A DNA stretch of 20,000 nt from an uncultured virus (IMG/VR IMGVR_UViG_3300023172_002538) (IMGVR_UViG_3300023172_002538), one strand, 5' to 3'; positions 1 to 8,939 are shown, counted from the stretch's first letter. Numbers and translations: made by a program. Notes: a model not told the origin generated them from the sequence alone.

Positions 1-635
1 AGCGTGAAGCGATTGCTGATCGCGGCATCTGGATGGCTAAGAAGCGATACATTCTAAATGTCCATGACAACGAGGGTGTGCGGTACGCTCAGCCGAAACT
101 CAAGATGATGGGTATCGAAGCGATCAAGTCTAGTACGCCGCAGGTCGTACGTGACAAAATGAAAGAGACGTTCAAAGTAATCATCGAGGGCACTGAGTCT
201 GACACGCAACGATTCATTGCCAACTTCAAGGCTGAGTTTAAAAACCTAGAGCCCGAAGTAATTGCGTTTCCGCGTGGCGTCTCTGAAGTGACAAAGTGGA
301 AAGATCGTCAGACTATTTACGGCAAGGGCACACCGATTCATGTTCGTGGCTCTCTGCTATATAATCATTATGTTAAGCAAGCTGGCTTACAAGACAAATA
401 CGAGTTGATTCAAGACGGTGAGAAAATTAAGTTTCTGTACCTCCGCCAGCCGAACAAGATTAAAGAGAACGTAATATCTTTTCCAATGCAGTTGCCCAAA
501 GAACTTGGCTTGCACGTGTCAATAGATTATGATATGATGTTCGTTAAAACATTCCTTGATCCGCTTGAGCCAATTCTCGCCGCAGTCGGCTGGTCAGCAG
601 AACCAAGGGCAACGCTTGAGGACTTCTTTGGATGA
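1..635 (+). CDS. 43: DNA polymerase, family B (T4 gp43-like), C-terminal part; truncated by window start
   Basis: Frame is open from position 3 ([16 protein letters not shown]...). [17 protein letters not shown] and KGTPIHVRG motifs of T4-like gp43; C-terminal LEDFF clamp-binding-type tail. Confidence 0.95.
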   Translation, partial: REAIADRGIWMAKKRYILNVHDNEGVRYAQPKLKMMGIEAIKSSTPQVVRDKMKETFKVIIEGTESDTQRFIANFKAEFKNLEPEVIAFPRGVSEVTKWKDRQTIYGKGTPIHVRGSLLYNHYVKQAGLQDKYELIQDGEKIKFLYLRQPNKIKENVISFPMQLPKELGLHVSIDYDMMFVKTFLDPLEPILAAVGWSAEPRATLEDFFG

Positions 636-1237
636 ATCTAGAACACTTATCTTTTCCTGATATAGGATGGGGTTACATGCCACCGACTGATGATGTGTTT
701 AGAGCGTTTGAGTGGGCACAAAAACTCTTCAAGCCGAAGCGAGTTTTAGAGATCGGTTTTCATCTTGGTCATTCGACCACATATCAACTTGAGATATACA
801 AAGACCTTGAAAAGATGATTTCTTGCTCGCCTTACGAAGATCGAAACGGCAAAGTAGACGATAGAATCAATCCTGCGGCACGATGGCTTGCCGCTATAAA
901 ACTATCGAAGATGTATCGAAATAAGTGGCGATGGATTCCTGGCAAAGCACATCAAATGATAGACGAAATTTCTATCTACGATTACGACTTCGCACTAATC
1001 GATGGCGGTCACACTTATCCTGCGGCTTCACATGATATGACTATGTGCATTGATCTCGGCATTAAAGCTATGTTGATCGATAACTTTGAGTTGGTTCCTG
1101 TTCGCGATGCATTCGCAGACCATCACGAACTAAAGTTGATAAAAAAGTTCTACTACGAGCAAACGTTCAAGGGTAGACGTAAGATGAATCAATTGGCATT
1201 GGTAAAGGTTGACAGCCCACAACTTAATCTGTTATAA
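632..1237 (+). CDS. Class I SAM-dependent methyltransferase (Methyltransf_24-like)
   Basis: [12 protein letters not shown] (motif I) and [10 protein letters not shown]...D motif; ATGA overlap with gp43 stop. Confidence 0.8.
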   Translation: MNLEHLSFPDIGWGYMPPTDDVFRAFEWAQKLFKPKRVLEIGFHLGHSTTYQLEIYKDLEKMISCSPYEDRNGKVDDRINPAARWLAAIKLSKMYRNKWRWIPGKAHQMIDEISIYDYDFALIDGGHTYPAASHDMTMCIDLGIKAMLIDNFELVPVRDAFADHHELKLIKKFYYEQTFKGRRKMNQLALVKVDSPQLNLL

Positions 1238-1238
1238 T
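1209..1238 (+). promoter_or_regulatory. Consensus sigma70 promoter (TTGACA-18-TATAAT, extended -10) inside the methyltransferase 3' end
   Basis: TTGACA 1209-1214, TG 1230-1231, TATAAT 1233-1238; ATG of next gene at 1245. Confidence 0.75.
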
Positions 1239-1244
1239 TTCTGA

Positions 1245-2168
1245 ATGAAACTAGAACTGACGCTGTTTAAAAATCGTTATGACAATAAGACTCATAAACG
1301 AATGACCATGAATAATTGGCATGAGTTTACTGAGTTGCTGTCTGGTTTGTCTAGCATACCCGAGTCGAAGAAAACTGCTTCGCTGATTAGTCCTGCAATT
1401 TATACTGAAGGTACAACAAGATCAAATGACAACGTTGAGTACTGGGGTCGCTGGGCGGCTGTCGATGTTGATGATGTCACTTTTGAGGAGCCACTAACAA
1501 ATGAGCTTCATAGTAGGTATGGGCATTGGAACTTTGTGTGTTATTCTACTGCAAGTAGTACAGTCGATACACCTAAATTCCGACTTGTATTTGAACTTAC
1601 ACGAAACGTCGAGCGAGATGAGATCCGACATTTCTGGCATGCCCTCAACACAGAACTTGGTGAGATCGGCGATGCTCAGACAAAGGATCTTAGTCGTATG
1701 TACTACGTTCCTGCTCAGTATTTCGACGCTCATAATTTTATGTTTTCTAATCACGGCGACCCTATTGATCCAGACTACTTAAAGGCTAAACATCCATACA
1801 AAGAGAAAGAAGGCAAAAACTTTTTAGATCGTCTGCCGCCCGAGTTGCAAAAAGCAGTGCTTGAGCATCGTAAGCAAGCACTAGATAACACCAACGTTTC
1901 TTGGTCCAGCTATCGTGATTGCCCGTTTTGGCCAAAGAAACTTTCTATGCAGTATCAAACAATAACGAGTACCGGATGGTATCACAAGATGTATCAGATC
2001 ATGGTTGCTACAGCAGGCAATGCCATCAAGAATGGTTATCCTATTTCTGCAAAGCAAATCGCAGAACTTTGTAGACAATTTGACAATGAGAATGGAATGT
2101 GGTATACTAATCGACCACTAGAGAAAGAAGCTGATAGAGCAGTTGAATATGCCTATCGCAACAACTAG
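1245..2168 (+). CDS. Archaeo-eukaryotic primase (AEP/PrimPol)-like protein with helical C-terminal domain
   Basis: WAAVDVDD (hhhDhD), YSTASS...PKFRLVF and D...KDLSRMYYVP match AEP/VirE-N-like motif order. Confidence 0.7.
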   Translation: MKLELTLFKNRYDNKTHKRMTMNNWHEFTELLSGLSSIPESKKTASLISPAIYTEGTTRSNDNVEYWGRWAAVDVDDVTFEEPLTNELHSRYGHWNFVCYSTASSTVDTPKFRLVFELTRNVERDEIRHFWHALNTELGEIGDAQTKDLSRMYYVPAQYFDAHNFMFSNHGDPIDPDYLKAKHPYKEKEGKNFLDRLPPELQKAVLEHRKQALDNTNVSWSSYRDCPFWPKKLSMQYQTITSTGWYHKMYQIMVATAGNAIKNGYPISAKQIAELCRQFDNENGMWYTNRPLEKEADRAVEYAYRNN

Positions 2169-2177
2169 GAGCAAATA

Positions 2178-3131
2178 ATGAGTGATAATGTAACTGAAAT
2201 CGCGCCAAAACTGAGCGAACCTCAAGTGGCAGCCGATGGAACTGTTGTACGAGTAGATGAAGAAGGCTGGGAGCATCCTCAATCACCGCCTATTGGTCAA
2301 GAGGAAGCTGGTCTTCAGACGATGAAAGCGGGCATTATTGGTAGCAATATGCTTGCTGATGCAACTGCTGTTGCTTTCAATACCAAAGCATCTGAGTTTG
2401 TAAGAGCAGAATCGTTTAATGACGTTGATGCTCTGATTGAGTCGCGACCTACTATCGTATTCATCTGTGAAGAAATTCCTTTGATGAAAAACGATACGTT
2501 CGATGACGCGGATTTTCTAAACGCTGTAAACAAATTGTTTAAGCAAACCGAGTGTGCCATCTGCATTCGATCAACGCTAAACATCGAAACAACTCAGCGG
2601 TTGATTGCGACTCTGGGCTATGATGTCTTTAGCGCAAAAGTTTGTTACTTCCCTGAGATGAGTGATGCAACAAACATGGGTGAAATTTTAGTCTCTGACT
2701 ATCATATAGTTGGTGGCGAAGAAAAGCCTCGGCAAGCATTAATGCAACTTCTGCAACACGCGAGCCATTTCTCAGCCGCACAAGTTGCTGTTGGTAGCAT
2801 TTGGGAAGTAATTTATGCTAAACTAGGTCTTGCGGGCTTCAAAGCAGTCAAGCAGACTTTCTTTAATCAGTTGTATGATACCATTCTTGATGTTAAGAAT
2901 GCGAATCCAACAATCGTTCGACGTTTGATGGAGAATGCACCTGACATTACTGACAAGAGTGTCATGGTTCCTACGTTCGTTCGTGCGAAGACTGACGATT
3001 CGATTAGTTACAAGCAAGCCCGTGGGTATGCTGGTGAATTCTTGAATCACGATGTACGCGCACTTGCGGGTCTGTCTGACAAACTACCGCTAATTGATGA
3101 GTGCATTAACTTTAAAAATCTGAAGGACTAA
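2178..3131 (+). CDS. Divergent UDP-glucose/GDP-mannose dehydrogenase-like protein, catalytic residues lost
   Basis: Collinear with 9473-10246: IRST, YFPEM, IVGG, AKL..FKAVKQTFFNQLYD, GYAGEFLNHD; SD GGAG upstream. Confidence 0.7.
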   Translation: MSDNVTEIAPKLSEPQVAADGTVVRVDEEGWEHPQSPPIGQEEAGLQTMKAGIIGSNMLADATAVAFNTKASEFVRAESFNDVDALIESRPTIVFICEEIPLMKNDTFDDADFLNAVNKLFKQTECAICIRSTLNIETTQRLIATLGYDVFSAKVCYFPEMSDATNMGEILVSDYHIVGGEEKPRQALMQLLQHASHFSAAQVAVGSIWEVIYAKLGLAGFKAVKQTFFNQLYDTILDVKNANPTIVRRLMENAPDITDKSVMVPTFVRAKTDDSISYKQARGYAGEFLNHDVRALAGLSDKLPLIDECINFKNLKD

Positions 3132-3134
3132 TAT

Positions 3135-4184
3135 ATGTCAGTAATGAACAAGCTGAAGAAAAACTCTAAAGTCGCACACACGGCTGTGCTGTCTGAGTCT
3201 GAGTTTTTTCAAGAGCGTGAGATTACAACCCTCGACGTTCCTATGTTGAATGTCGCTCTGTCTGGTAGTCTGAAGGGTGGACTGGCGTCAGGACTTACTG
3301 TTCTCGCTGGTCCATCTAAGCACTTCAAAACTTCGTTTGCACTAAAGATGGCGGCTGAGTTTTTGAAGTCTGATCCAGATGCAGTAATGCTGTTCTATGA
3401 TTCTGAGTTTGGTTCGCCTCAGTCTTACTTTGAAACGTTTGGTATTGATGTGAATCGTGTGCTCCACACGCCTATCACCAATGTCGAAGAACTGAAGTTT
3501 GATCTGATCAACCAGCTTGAGAATCTGGACAAAGCCGATAAAGTTATTGTGGTGATTGACTCTATTGGTAACCTAGCATCTAAGAAAGAACTTGAGGATG
3601 CAATCAACGAAAAGTCTGTGGCTGATATGTCACGTGCGAAAGCACTCAAGGGCTTGTTCAGAATGACAACTCCTTATCTGACGATGAAGAACATTCCTCT
3701 TCTTGCAATCAATCATACGTACAAAGAGATTGGTTTGTTTCCGAAAGATATTGTTGGTGGCGGTACTGGCATTTATTACTCTGCTGATAACATCTGGATT
3801 CTCGGTCGTCGGCAGAACAAAACTGGCACTGAGGTAACTGGTTATGACTTTATTATCAACGTCGAAAAGTCTCGATTTGTTAAAGAGAAGTCAAAGATTC
3901 CTATCCGAGTTTCTTGGGAAGGTGGGATTGAGCCTTATAGTGGTCTTCTGGATGTTGCTCTTGCTGGTGGTTTTGTTATTAAGCCTAGTAACGGCTGGTA
4001 TCAACTGGTTGATAAAGCTACTGGACAACTGGTTGGCGGAAAGGTCAGAGAGAAAGACACGCTCGCGCATTCTTTCTGGGAAGGACTATTAGAAGACGAA
4101 GACTTCCAGTCGTTCATTGAAAAGCAATACAAGATTGGTGCTGGTGCATCGATTGAACTTGATCTAGAAATGGAAGTTGAGTGA
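3135..4184 (+). CDS. uvsX: UvsX RecA-like recombinase
   Basis: Walker A GPSKHFKT, FYDSEFG, IDSIGNLASKKE, DMSRAK, GGGTGIYYSAD. Confidence 0.97.
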   Translation: MSVMNKLKKNSKVAHTAVLSESEFFQEREITTLDVPMLNVALSGSLKGGLASGLTVLAGPSKHFKTSFALKMAAEFLKSDPDAVMLFYDSEFGSPQSYFETFGIDVNRVLHTPITNVEELKFDLINQLENLDKADKVIVVIDSIGNLASKKELEDAINEKSVADMSRAKALKGLFRMTTPYLTMKNIPLLAINHTYKEIGLFPKDIVGGGTGIYYSADNIWILGRRQNKTGTEVTGYDFIINVEKSRFVKEKSKIPIRVSWEGGIEPYSGLLDVALAGGFVIKPSNGWYQLVDKATGQLVGGKVREKDTLAHSFWEGLLEDEDFQSFIEKQYKIGAGASIELDLEMEVE

Positions 4185-4507
4185 TGGGTATTGGAGTAGC
4201 ACGAGAAGGAATTGACTATCAGTTGATTCCTGCTACAGACGATGAGCGCGATCAGTCTTGGGATATTCGTATCATCAAGGGTGAGTTTACTGAGACTGTA
4301 TTGCGTTTTGGAAACATTGCTTTCGACGGAGAAAATGATTGCTTAAACTTTAATTTTATGATAGTATCAACACCTGATACTGAATTGACAGAAGCGAACG
4401 TAGCCCTTCAAGATCGAGCCGCAGAAGTTCTTGCGTCTGTTCTTGAAGAAGCGGCGCAAACCGGTAGTTTACAATTAGGCAATCCCGACGATGACAGTGA
4501 AGATTGA
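4181..4507 (+). CDS. T4 gp40-like protein (positional call)
   Basis: 108-aa acidic ORF between uvsX and 41, the position of gene 40 in T4; coupled at both ends. Confidence 0.5.
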   Translation: MMGIGVAREGIDYQLIPATDDERDQSWDIRIIKGEFTETVLRFGNIAFDGENDCLNFNFMIVSTPDTELTEANVALQDRAAEVLASVLEEAAQTGSLQLGNPDDDSED

Positions 4508-5870
4508 TTTAGAACAAACAATCATTCGAAACATTTTGACAAATGAACCTTACATGCGTAAGGTCATTCCTTTCATTAAGAAAGAATACTTCGAAGGTGT
4601 GTACCAACATCTGTTCACTGAGGTGACGAAGTTTGTTGGCAAATACAATAAGTTGCCGACGCTAGAATCTTTTAAGATTGAATTGGATCAGTCTGACAAA
4701 TTGACTGACCAGATGTACACTCATGCCATGGACATTCTTCCTAACATCTTTGAGGTGAAAGAAGAGAATGATACGTGGCTATTAGATACAACAGAAAAGT
4801 GGTGTCAAGATCGTGCGGTCTATCGTGCTATCATGGAGTCGATTACAATCATCGACGGTAAGCATGAGAAGCTATCAAAGAACGCTCTGCCTGACATCCT
4901 ACAGAATGCACTAGCCGTATCGTTCGACACGAACGTAGGTCATGACTACCTTGAAAACGTAGATGAACGATACGCCTTTTATCATGAGCAAGAAGAGCGC
5001 ATCCCCTTCGATCTCGATTACTTCAATCGAATCACAAAGGGTGGACTGCCAAATAAGACGCTAAACATCGCCTTGGCAGGCACGGGTGTTGGTAAGTCAT
5101 TGTTCATGTGTCACGTTGCGGCTAGTGCCCTATCGCAGGGTCGTAATGTCTTGTACATTACGATGGAGATGGCAGAGGAGCGCATTGCTGAACGCATTGA
5201 CGCAAATCTGCTGAATGTGCCAATCGATCAGTTAGAGAACATGTCGCAGACAATGTTCACTGACCGTGTGCGTCAAATTGCGAATAGCACAAACGGTAAG
5301 CTGATCATCAAGGAGTACCCGACTGGACAGGCTCATAGCGGTCACTTCCGGGCGTTGCTGATGGAACTCAAACTGAAGAAAAAGTTTGTTCCCGAGTTAA
5401 TCTTCATTGATTACTTGAACATCTGTGCATCGTCTAGAATGAAAGCCATGGGCGGTGCAATCAACTCTTATACTTATGTCAAGGCTATCGCAGAAGAAAT
5501 ACGCGGGCTTGCTGTAGAGTTTGATGTGCCTATTGTGTCAGCAACACAAACGACTCGGTCGGGGTATGGCAATTCTGATCCTGGACTAGAAGACACATCT
5601 GAGTCTTTCGGTCTTCCTGCAACGGCTGACCTGATGTTCGCCCTTGTGTCCAACGATGAGCTAAATAGTCTTGGACAGATAATGGTGAAACAGTTAAAGA
5701 ATCGTTACAACGATCCTAACGTCGATAAGCGATTTGTAATTGGCGTGGATCGAAGTAAGATGAAACTATATGATGTAGATGAAACACAACAGAACCTTGT
5801 TGATGATGATATTCCAGTTTTTGATAAATCGTCCTCGGGCGAAAAACTCAAGAACATAAAAATCTTCTAG
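4491..5870 (+). CDS. 41: Replicative DnaB-like helicase (T4 gp41)
   Basis: AGTGVGKS Walker A, YITMEMAEE, IFIDYLNI, SATQTTR, SESFGLPATAD, KQLKNRY. Confidence 0.97.
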   Translation: MTVKIDLEQTIIRNILTNEPYMRKVIPFIKKEYFEGVYQHLFTEVTKFVGKYNKLPTLESFKIELDQSDKLTDQMYTHAMDILPNIFEVKEENDTWLLDTTEKWCQDRAVYRAIMESITIIDGKHEKLSKNALPDILQNALAVSFDTNVGHDYLENVDERYAFYHEQEERIPFDLDYFNRITKGGLPNKTLNIALAGTGVGKSLFMCHVAASALSQGRNVLYITMEMAEERIAERIDANLLNVPIDQLENMSQTMFTDRVRQIANSTNGKLIIKEYPTGQAHSGHFRALLMELKLKKKFVPELIFIDYLNICASSRMKAMGGAINSYTYVKAIAEEIRGLAVEFDVPIVSATQTTRSGYGNSDPGLEDTSESFGLPATADLMFALVSNDELNSLGQIMVKQLKNRYNDPNVDKRFVIGVDRSKMKLYDVDETQQNLVDDDIPVFDKSSSGEKLKNIKIF

Positions 5871-5880
5871 GAGGTGCGTT

Positions 5881-6084
5881 ATGGATCCCTACACTCATAC
5901 TCTTATTGCAGTAGGGCTGATGTTTGGCTCGTATTGGGCTGGTAGACATCTTGGTTATAAAGACGGCTTGATCGATGTATGGTCTGCTTTGCTTACAGTC
6001 TTTGATGCTAAGTCTATCGTTATTAATGAAAATGAAGAACTGATTGTCACTGACAAAAACGGTGCCGAAAGAAAGGTGAATTGA
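5881..6084 (+). CDS. Small hypothetical protein with N-terminal TM helix
   Basis: SD GGAGG upstream; hydrophobic TLIAVGLMFGSYWAG. Confidence 0.7.
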   Translation: MDPYTHTLIAVGLMFGSYWAGRHLGYKDGLIDVWSALLTVFDAKSIVINENEELIVTDKNGAERKVN

Positions 6085-6548
6085 TGGCTATTGAATATAA
6101 GTTTCGTGAAGATGAGTTGATCCAAGAATTCAAAGACTACATTGACGCTACGTACAGCGGTCACTATGGTCATGGTGGATTCCAATCGAGTGAAGTAATT
6201 GTTGATCGTGGGCATGGTCTCGGTTTCTTTCTTGGCAACGTTGATAAATACAACGGTCGATATGGCAAGAAAGGTTCTTCAGACGACCATCGCAAAGACT
6301 TGATGAAGATTCTGCACTATGCACTTCTTGCACTGTACGAACATGACCGACTGAATCCTGTAGTGTCAATCAAGATGGATACCGATTGGCTCGATCATGC
6401 GCCTTCTAAAGATACTATCGGTCTAGGTCCACTCACAGTAGATACAATTTCGTATCCATCAATCAACATTGAGAGTGACGTGAAAGTGGACATCACTGAT
6501 TATCCTGAGTATGATGTTAAATTCAACGTAGACGGACTCAAGGTATGA
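6081..6548 (+). CDS. DUF3310-like conserved phage protein
   Basis: HY...GFFLGNVDKY..RYGKK...DLMKILHY pattern; likely start is ATG 6084. Confidence 0.6.
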   Translation: MMAIEYKFREDELIQEFKDYIDATYSGHYGHGGFQSSEVIVDRGHGLGFFLGNVDKYNGRYGKKGSSDDHRKDLMKILHYALLALYEHDRLNPVVSIKMDTDWLDHAPSKDTIGLGPLTVDTISYPSINIESDVKVDITDYPEYDVKFNVDGLKV

Positions 6549-6790
6549 CAGAAGACATTTTCGATTTTGGCTTTACAGCCGTAACTGAAGAAGAGTTGGA
6601 GATTGTTCAGAAATCTTCGACAGAAAAGGATGCGGTTGAAAGTCGGCTCGATAAGTTGTATAATGCTATTCAACCATTGTTGGATAATCTGAGAAAGAAT
6701 CCAGAGAAGGACTATATCTATTGGCCCAATCGTCTGGATAAAGTCGATCAGTTTAGGGATTACATCGACGACATCTATACTGGAAAGTAA
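6545..6790 (+). CDS. Conserved hypothetical phage protein
   Basis: ATGA coupling; DFGFTAV...NPEKDYIYWPNR resembles T4-like hypotheticals I recall. Confidence 0.7.
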   Translation: MTEDIFDFGFTAVTEEELEIVQKSSTEKDAVESRLDKLYNAIQPLLDNLRKNPEKDYIYWPNRLDKVDQFRDYIDDIYTGK

Positions 6791-7006
6791 ATGACATTAA
6801 ACATGAAGGCCGCTAAGACGGCTGTAAGTGATACAATCGTAGCAACACCAATTAACTTAGTTCTCAACTACATACTTCTCAAAATGTTTCTACCTCTCAG
6901 TTTGACTGCGGAGTTGATGACTATAATCTTTACTTCCATATTTTTCGTTGTCGCTTGCGTCCGAAAATATTTTGTGATATCATTCTTTAATAGGAGAAAT
7001 AAATGA
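6791..7006 (+). CDS. Small two-TM membrane protein
   Basis: Two hydrophobic stretches and basic C-terminus; abuts both neighbours. Confidence 0.65.
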   Translation: MTLNMKAAKTAVSDTIVATPINLVLNYILLKMFLPLSLTAELMTIIFTSIFFVVACVRKYFVISFFNRRNK

Positions 7007-7530
7007 CTAGCCCCGTAAAAGTGCCTGACGTTGTATTCAAAACTCGGGTTCGTGATGATTCAATCCCCGGTGCAAATCCGTATCGATGGGAAGATGTGAC
7101 CAGTGAAGACCTTTTCATGGGTAAGTCTGTGATCGTCTTTTCTCTTCCTGGTGCATTTACGCCGACTTGCTCTACGTATCAACTGCCCAACTTTGAAAAG
7201 TTGTATGGCGACTTCAAACAGTACGGCGTTGATGATATTTACTGCATCTCGGTCAATGATGCGTTCGTGATGAATGCATGGGCTAAAGATCAGCGATTGG
7301 TCAATGTCAAAGTAATTCCTGATGGCTCTGGTGATTTCACTGAGCAGATGGGAATGCTTGTTGCTAAAGACAATCTAGGCTTTGGCAATCGTTCGTGGCG
7401 CTATGCGATGCATGTAATTGATGGCGTGATCGTTAAAATGTTCGAAGAACCAGGTCGCGAAGATAATTGCGAAACTGACCCATACGAGGTCACTTCTCCT
7501 GAAAACATTCTGTCTTACTTCGGAGGATAA
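7003..7530 (+). CDS. Peroxiredoxin (Prx5/redoxin family)
   Basis: FSLPGAFTPTCS active site, SVNDAFVMNAW, RSWRYAM; SD AGGAG. Confidence 0.95.
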   Translation: MTSPVKVPDVVFKTRVRDDSIPGANPYRWEDVTSEDLFMGKSVIVFSLPGAFTPTCSTYQLPNFEKLYGDFKQYGVDDIYCISVNDAFVMNAWAKDQRLVNVKVIPDGSGDFTEQMGMLVAKDNLGFGNRSWRYAMHVIDGVIVKMFEEPGREDNCETDPYEVTSPENILSYFGG

Positions 7531-7531
7531 A

Positions 7532-7798
7532 ATGCAGAATCCAGAACAGTTCATTAATGCAGTAAAGCAAGGTGTTGTCACCGTTGTCTTCAAAAAGATC
7601 AACACCGACGAGATTCGTATCATGCCCTGTACGCTCAATGCTGAGATCGCAGGTAAAGAAATCGCGGTTCAAGACATGGATCCTAGCAGTAGCAACTTTG
7701 CTGTCTGGTGTCTTGACAAAGATGCATGGCGCTCGTTTCGTGTGAATACCGTAATTGAGTGGTACGAAGGCTATCCGAAAGAGGAGGCTGTTGCATGA
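7532..7798 (+). CDS. WYL_2/Sm-like SH3-barrel protein
   Basis: VTVVFKK...IRIMPCTL...VWCLDKDAWRSFR pattern; SD GGAGG. Confidence 0.7.
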   Translation: MQNPEQFINAVKQGVVTVVFKKINTDEIRIMPCTLNAEIAGKEIAVQDMDPSSSNFAVWCLDKDAWRSFRVNTVIEWYEGYPKEEAVA

Positions 7799-7992
7799 GA
7801 GATAAGATCGTCGAAGTCGCAAAAGCGCATTTCGAAGCAAGCATTCACAAGCACCGAATGAATGCAGAACTCATTCTGGAGAATCCTGTGGCTGTCGCAG
7901 AACATCCAGATATGATGGAAACCCTTGAAACTGAACTAAGCAAGATGGCTGAATATCATGATCGACTGGAAATGCTTGAAACTTACTTTTAG
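7795..7992 (+). CDS. Hypothetical coiled-coil protein (start revised to ATG 7795)
   Basis: GAGGAGG SD and ATGA overlap with upstream stop. Confidence 0.7.
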   Translation: MRDKIVEVAKAHFEASIHKHRMNAELILENPVAVAEHPDMMETLETELSKMAEYHDRLEMLETYF

Positions 7993-8164
7993 CATCTTGG
8001 CGCTACTCACCGTGAGTGGGTGCGCCAATCTCCCTTGCTGGAACGTCTCTGTCAATGGCGGCGTTCCTGGCGTGGCTAACGGCAATGCCCGTGGTCAAAT
8101 CTGCCCTCCACCCGCTCCAGAAAAAGAAGAGACTGGACAACGAAGCTTTCGACCCCCCGCTTAA
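7976..8164 (+). CDS. Small putative lipoprotein (TTG start inferred)
   Basis: MKLTFSILALLTVSG-C lipobox; Cys- and Pro-rich mature part. Confidence 0.55.
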   Translation: MKLTFSILALLTVSGCANLPCWNVSVNGGVPGVANGNARGQICPPPAPEKEETGQRSFRPPA

Positions 8165-8174
8165 GTCATTGATT
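8162..8174. promoter_or_regulatory. IHF-consensus site
   Basis: TAAGTCATTGATT is the reverse complement of WATCAANNNNTTR. Confidence 0.5.
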
Positions 8175-8182
8175 TATAAGCT

Positions 8183-8271
8183 TATAACAAAAAAGTCTAA
8201 AAAAAGTTTAAAAAACCGTTGACGACCACCCAGATTCCTGCGATAATTACTATGTAATTTGAGATGAGAGG
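8183..8271 (+). promoter_or_regulatory. Early promoter cassette 1
   Basis: Box TATAACAAAAAAGTCTAA 8183-8200, A-tracts, TTGACG 8219-8224, 17 bp, TG-c-GATAAT 8242-8247, leader GTAATTTGAGA, SD GAGAGG. Confidence 0.85.
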
Positions 8272-8280
8272 TTGTTTGTT

Positions 8281-8664
8281 ATGGCGTATGTAAGTCAAGA
8301 AATGAAGAAGAAGTTGGCTCCCGGCATCAAGGCTGTACTCAAGAAGTACGGCATGAAGGGAACTCTTGCGGTTCAGCATCACAGCGGCTTAGTCTGCAAC
8401 ATCAAGAGCGGTAAGCTTGATGTTCTTGGTGCCCTTGAAGGTGGTAACGAGTTTGATCGAGACTACATTCAGGTCAACCCTTACTGGATCGAAGAGAACT
8501 ACAACTGTCCTAAAGTTGTTGCATTTTTGAGCGAACTCAAAGCCGCTCTTGAGGGTCCTGACTTCTTCTGCAACGATGACATTATGACTGACTATTTTCA
8601 CAGAAGTCACTATGTCTACATCAACGTTGGTCAGTTTGGCAAACCTTACGTTCTGGAGGCTTAA
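8281..8664 (+). CDS. Conserved hypothetical early phage protein (start ATG 8281)
   Basis: First ORF after promoter with SD; C-terminal DIMTDYFH motif. Confidence 0.8.
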   Translation: MAYVSQEMKKKLAPGIKAVLKKYGMKGTLAVQHHSGLVCNIKSGKLDVLGALEGGNEFDRDYIQVNPYWIEENYNCPKVVAFLSELKAALEGPDFFCNDDIMTDYFHRSHYVYINVGQFGKPYVLEA

Positions 8665-8666
8665 TT

Positions 8667-8939
8667 ATGTTGAAGTATGAAAACACTGCTGAGATCGGTG
8701 ACGTTATCAAAGCGTTTGACTTTGAACCTATCGAGGGTCGTCACGAGCACTTTATTGTTGGTCGTGTCATCAAGAAGGGTACTGTGATTCACCCTCTCCA
8801 TAAGTTTCCGATGTTCGAAGGATTTCACATCGAGATCACAGGCGCTGACACGGACGATGATTCGCGAATCGGTGACATCGGCTACGTTCCCTTCGAAACT
8901 ACTTTCGACTACGATGGTCGTGTTCAGGTGATTTCGTAA
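8667..8939 (+). CDS. Hypothetical protein
   Basis: SD GGAGG; beta-rich 90 aa. Confidence 0.75.
   Translation: MLKYENTAEIGDVIKAFDFEPIEGRHEHFIVGRVIKKGTVIHPLHKFPMFEGFHIEITGADTDDDSRIGDIGYVPFETTFDYDGRVQVIS

Noticed and set aside
33..635. Stand-alone 200-aa ORF suggesting a split polymerase
   Set aside because: The frame is open to the window edge with conserved gp43 residues ([10 protein letters not shown]); it is simply truncated by the window.
632..1237. DNA adenine/cytosine methyltransferase
   Set aside because: No DPPY/NPPY or PC catalytic motif; DGGH fits small-molecule methyltransferases.
8016..8222. Alternative + strand ORF and minus ORF 8197-8382
   Set aside because: They run through the promoter cassette with A-tract-derived Lys runs; the lipoprotein frame is better supported.
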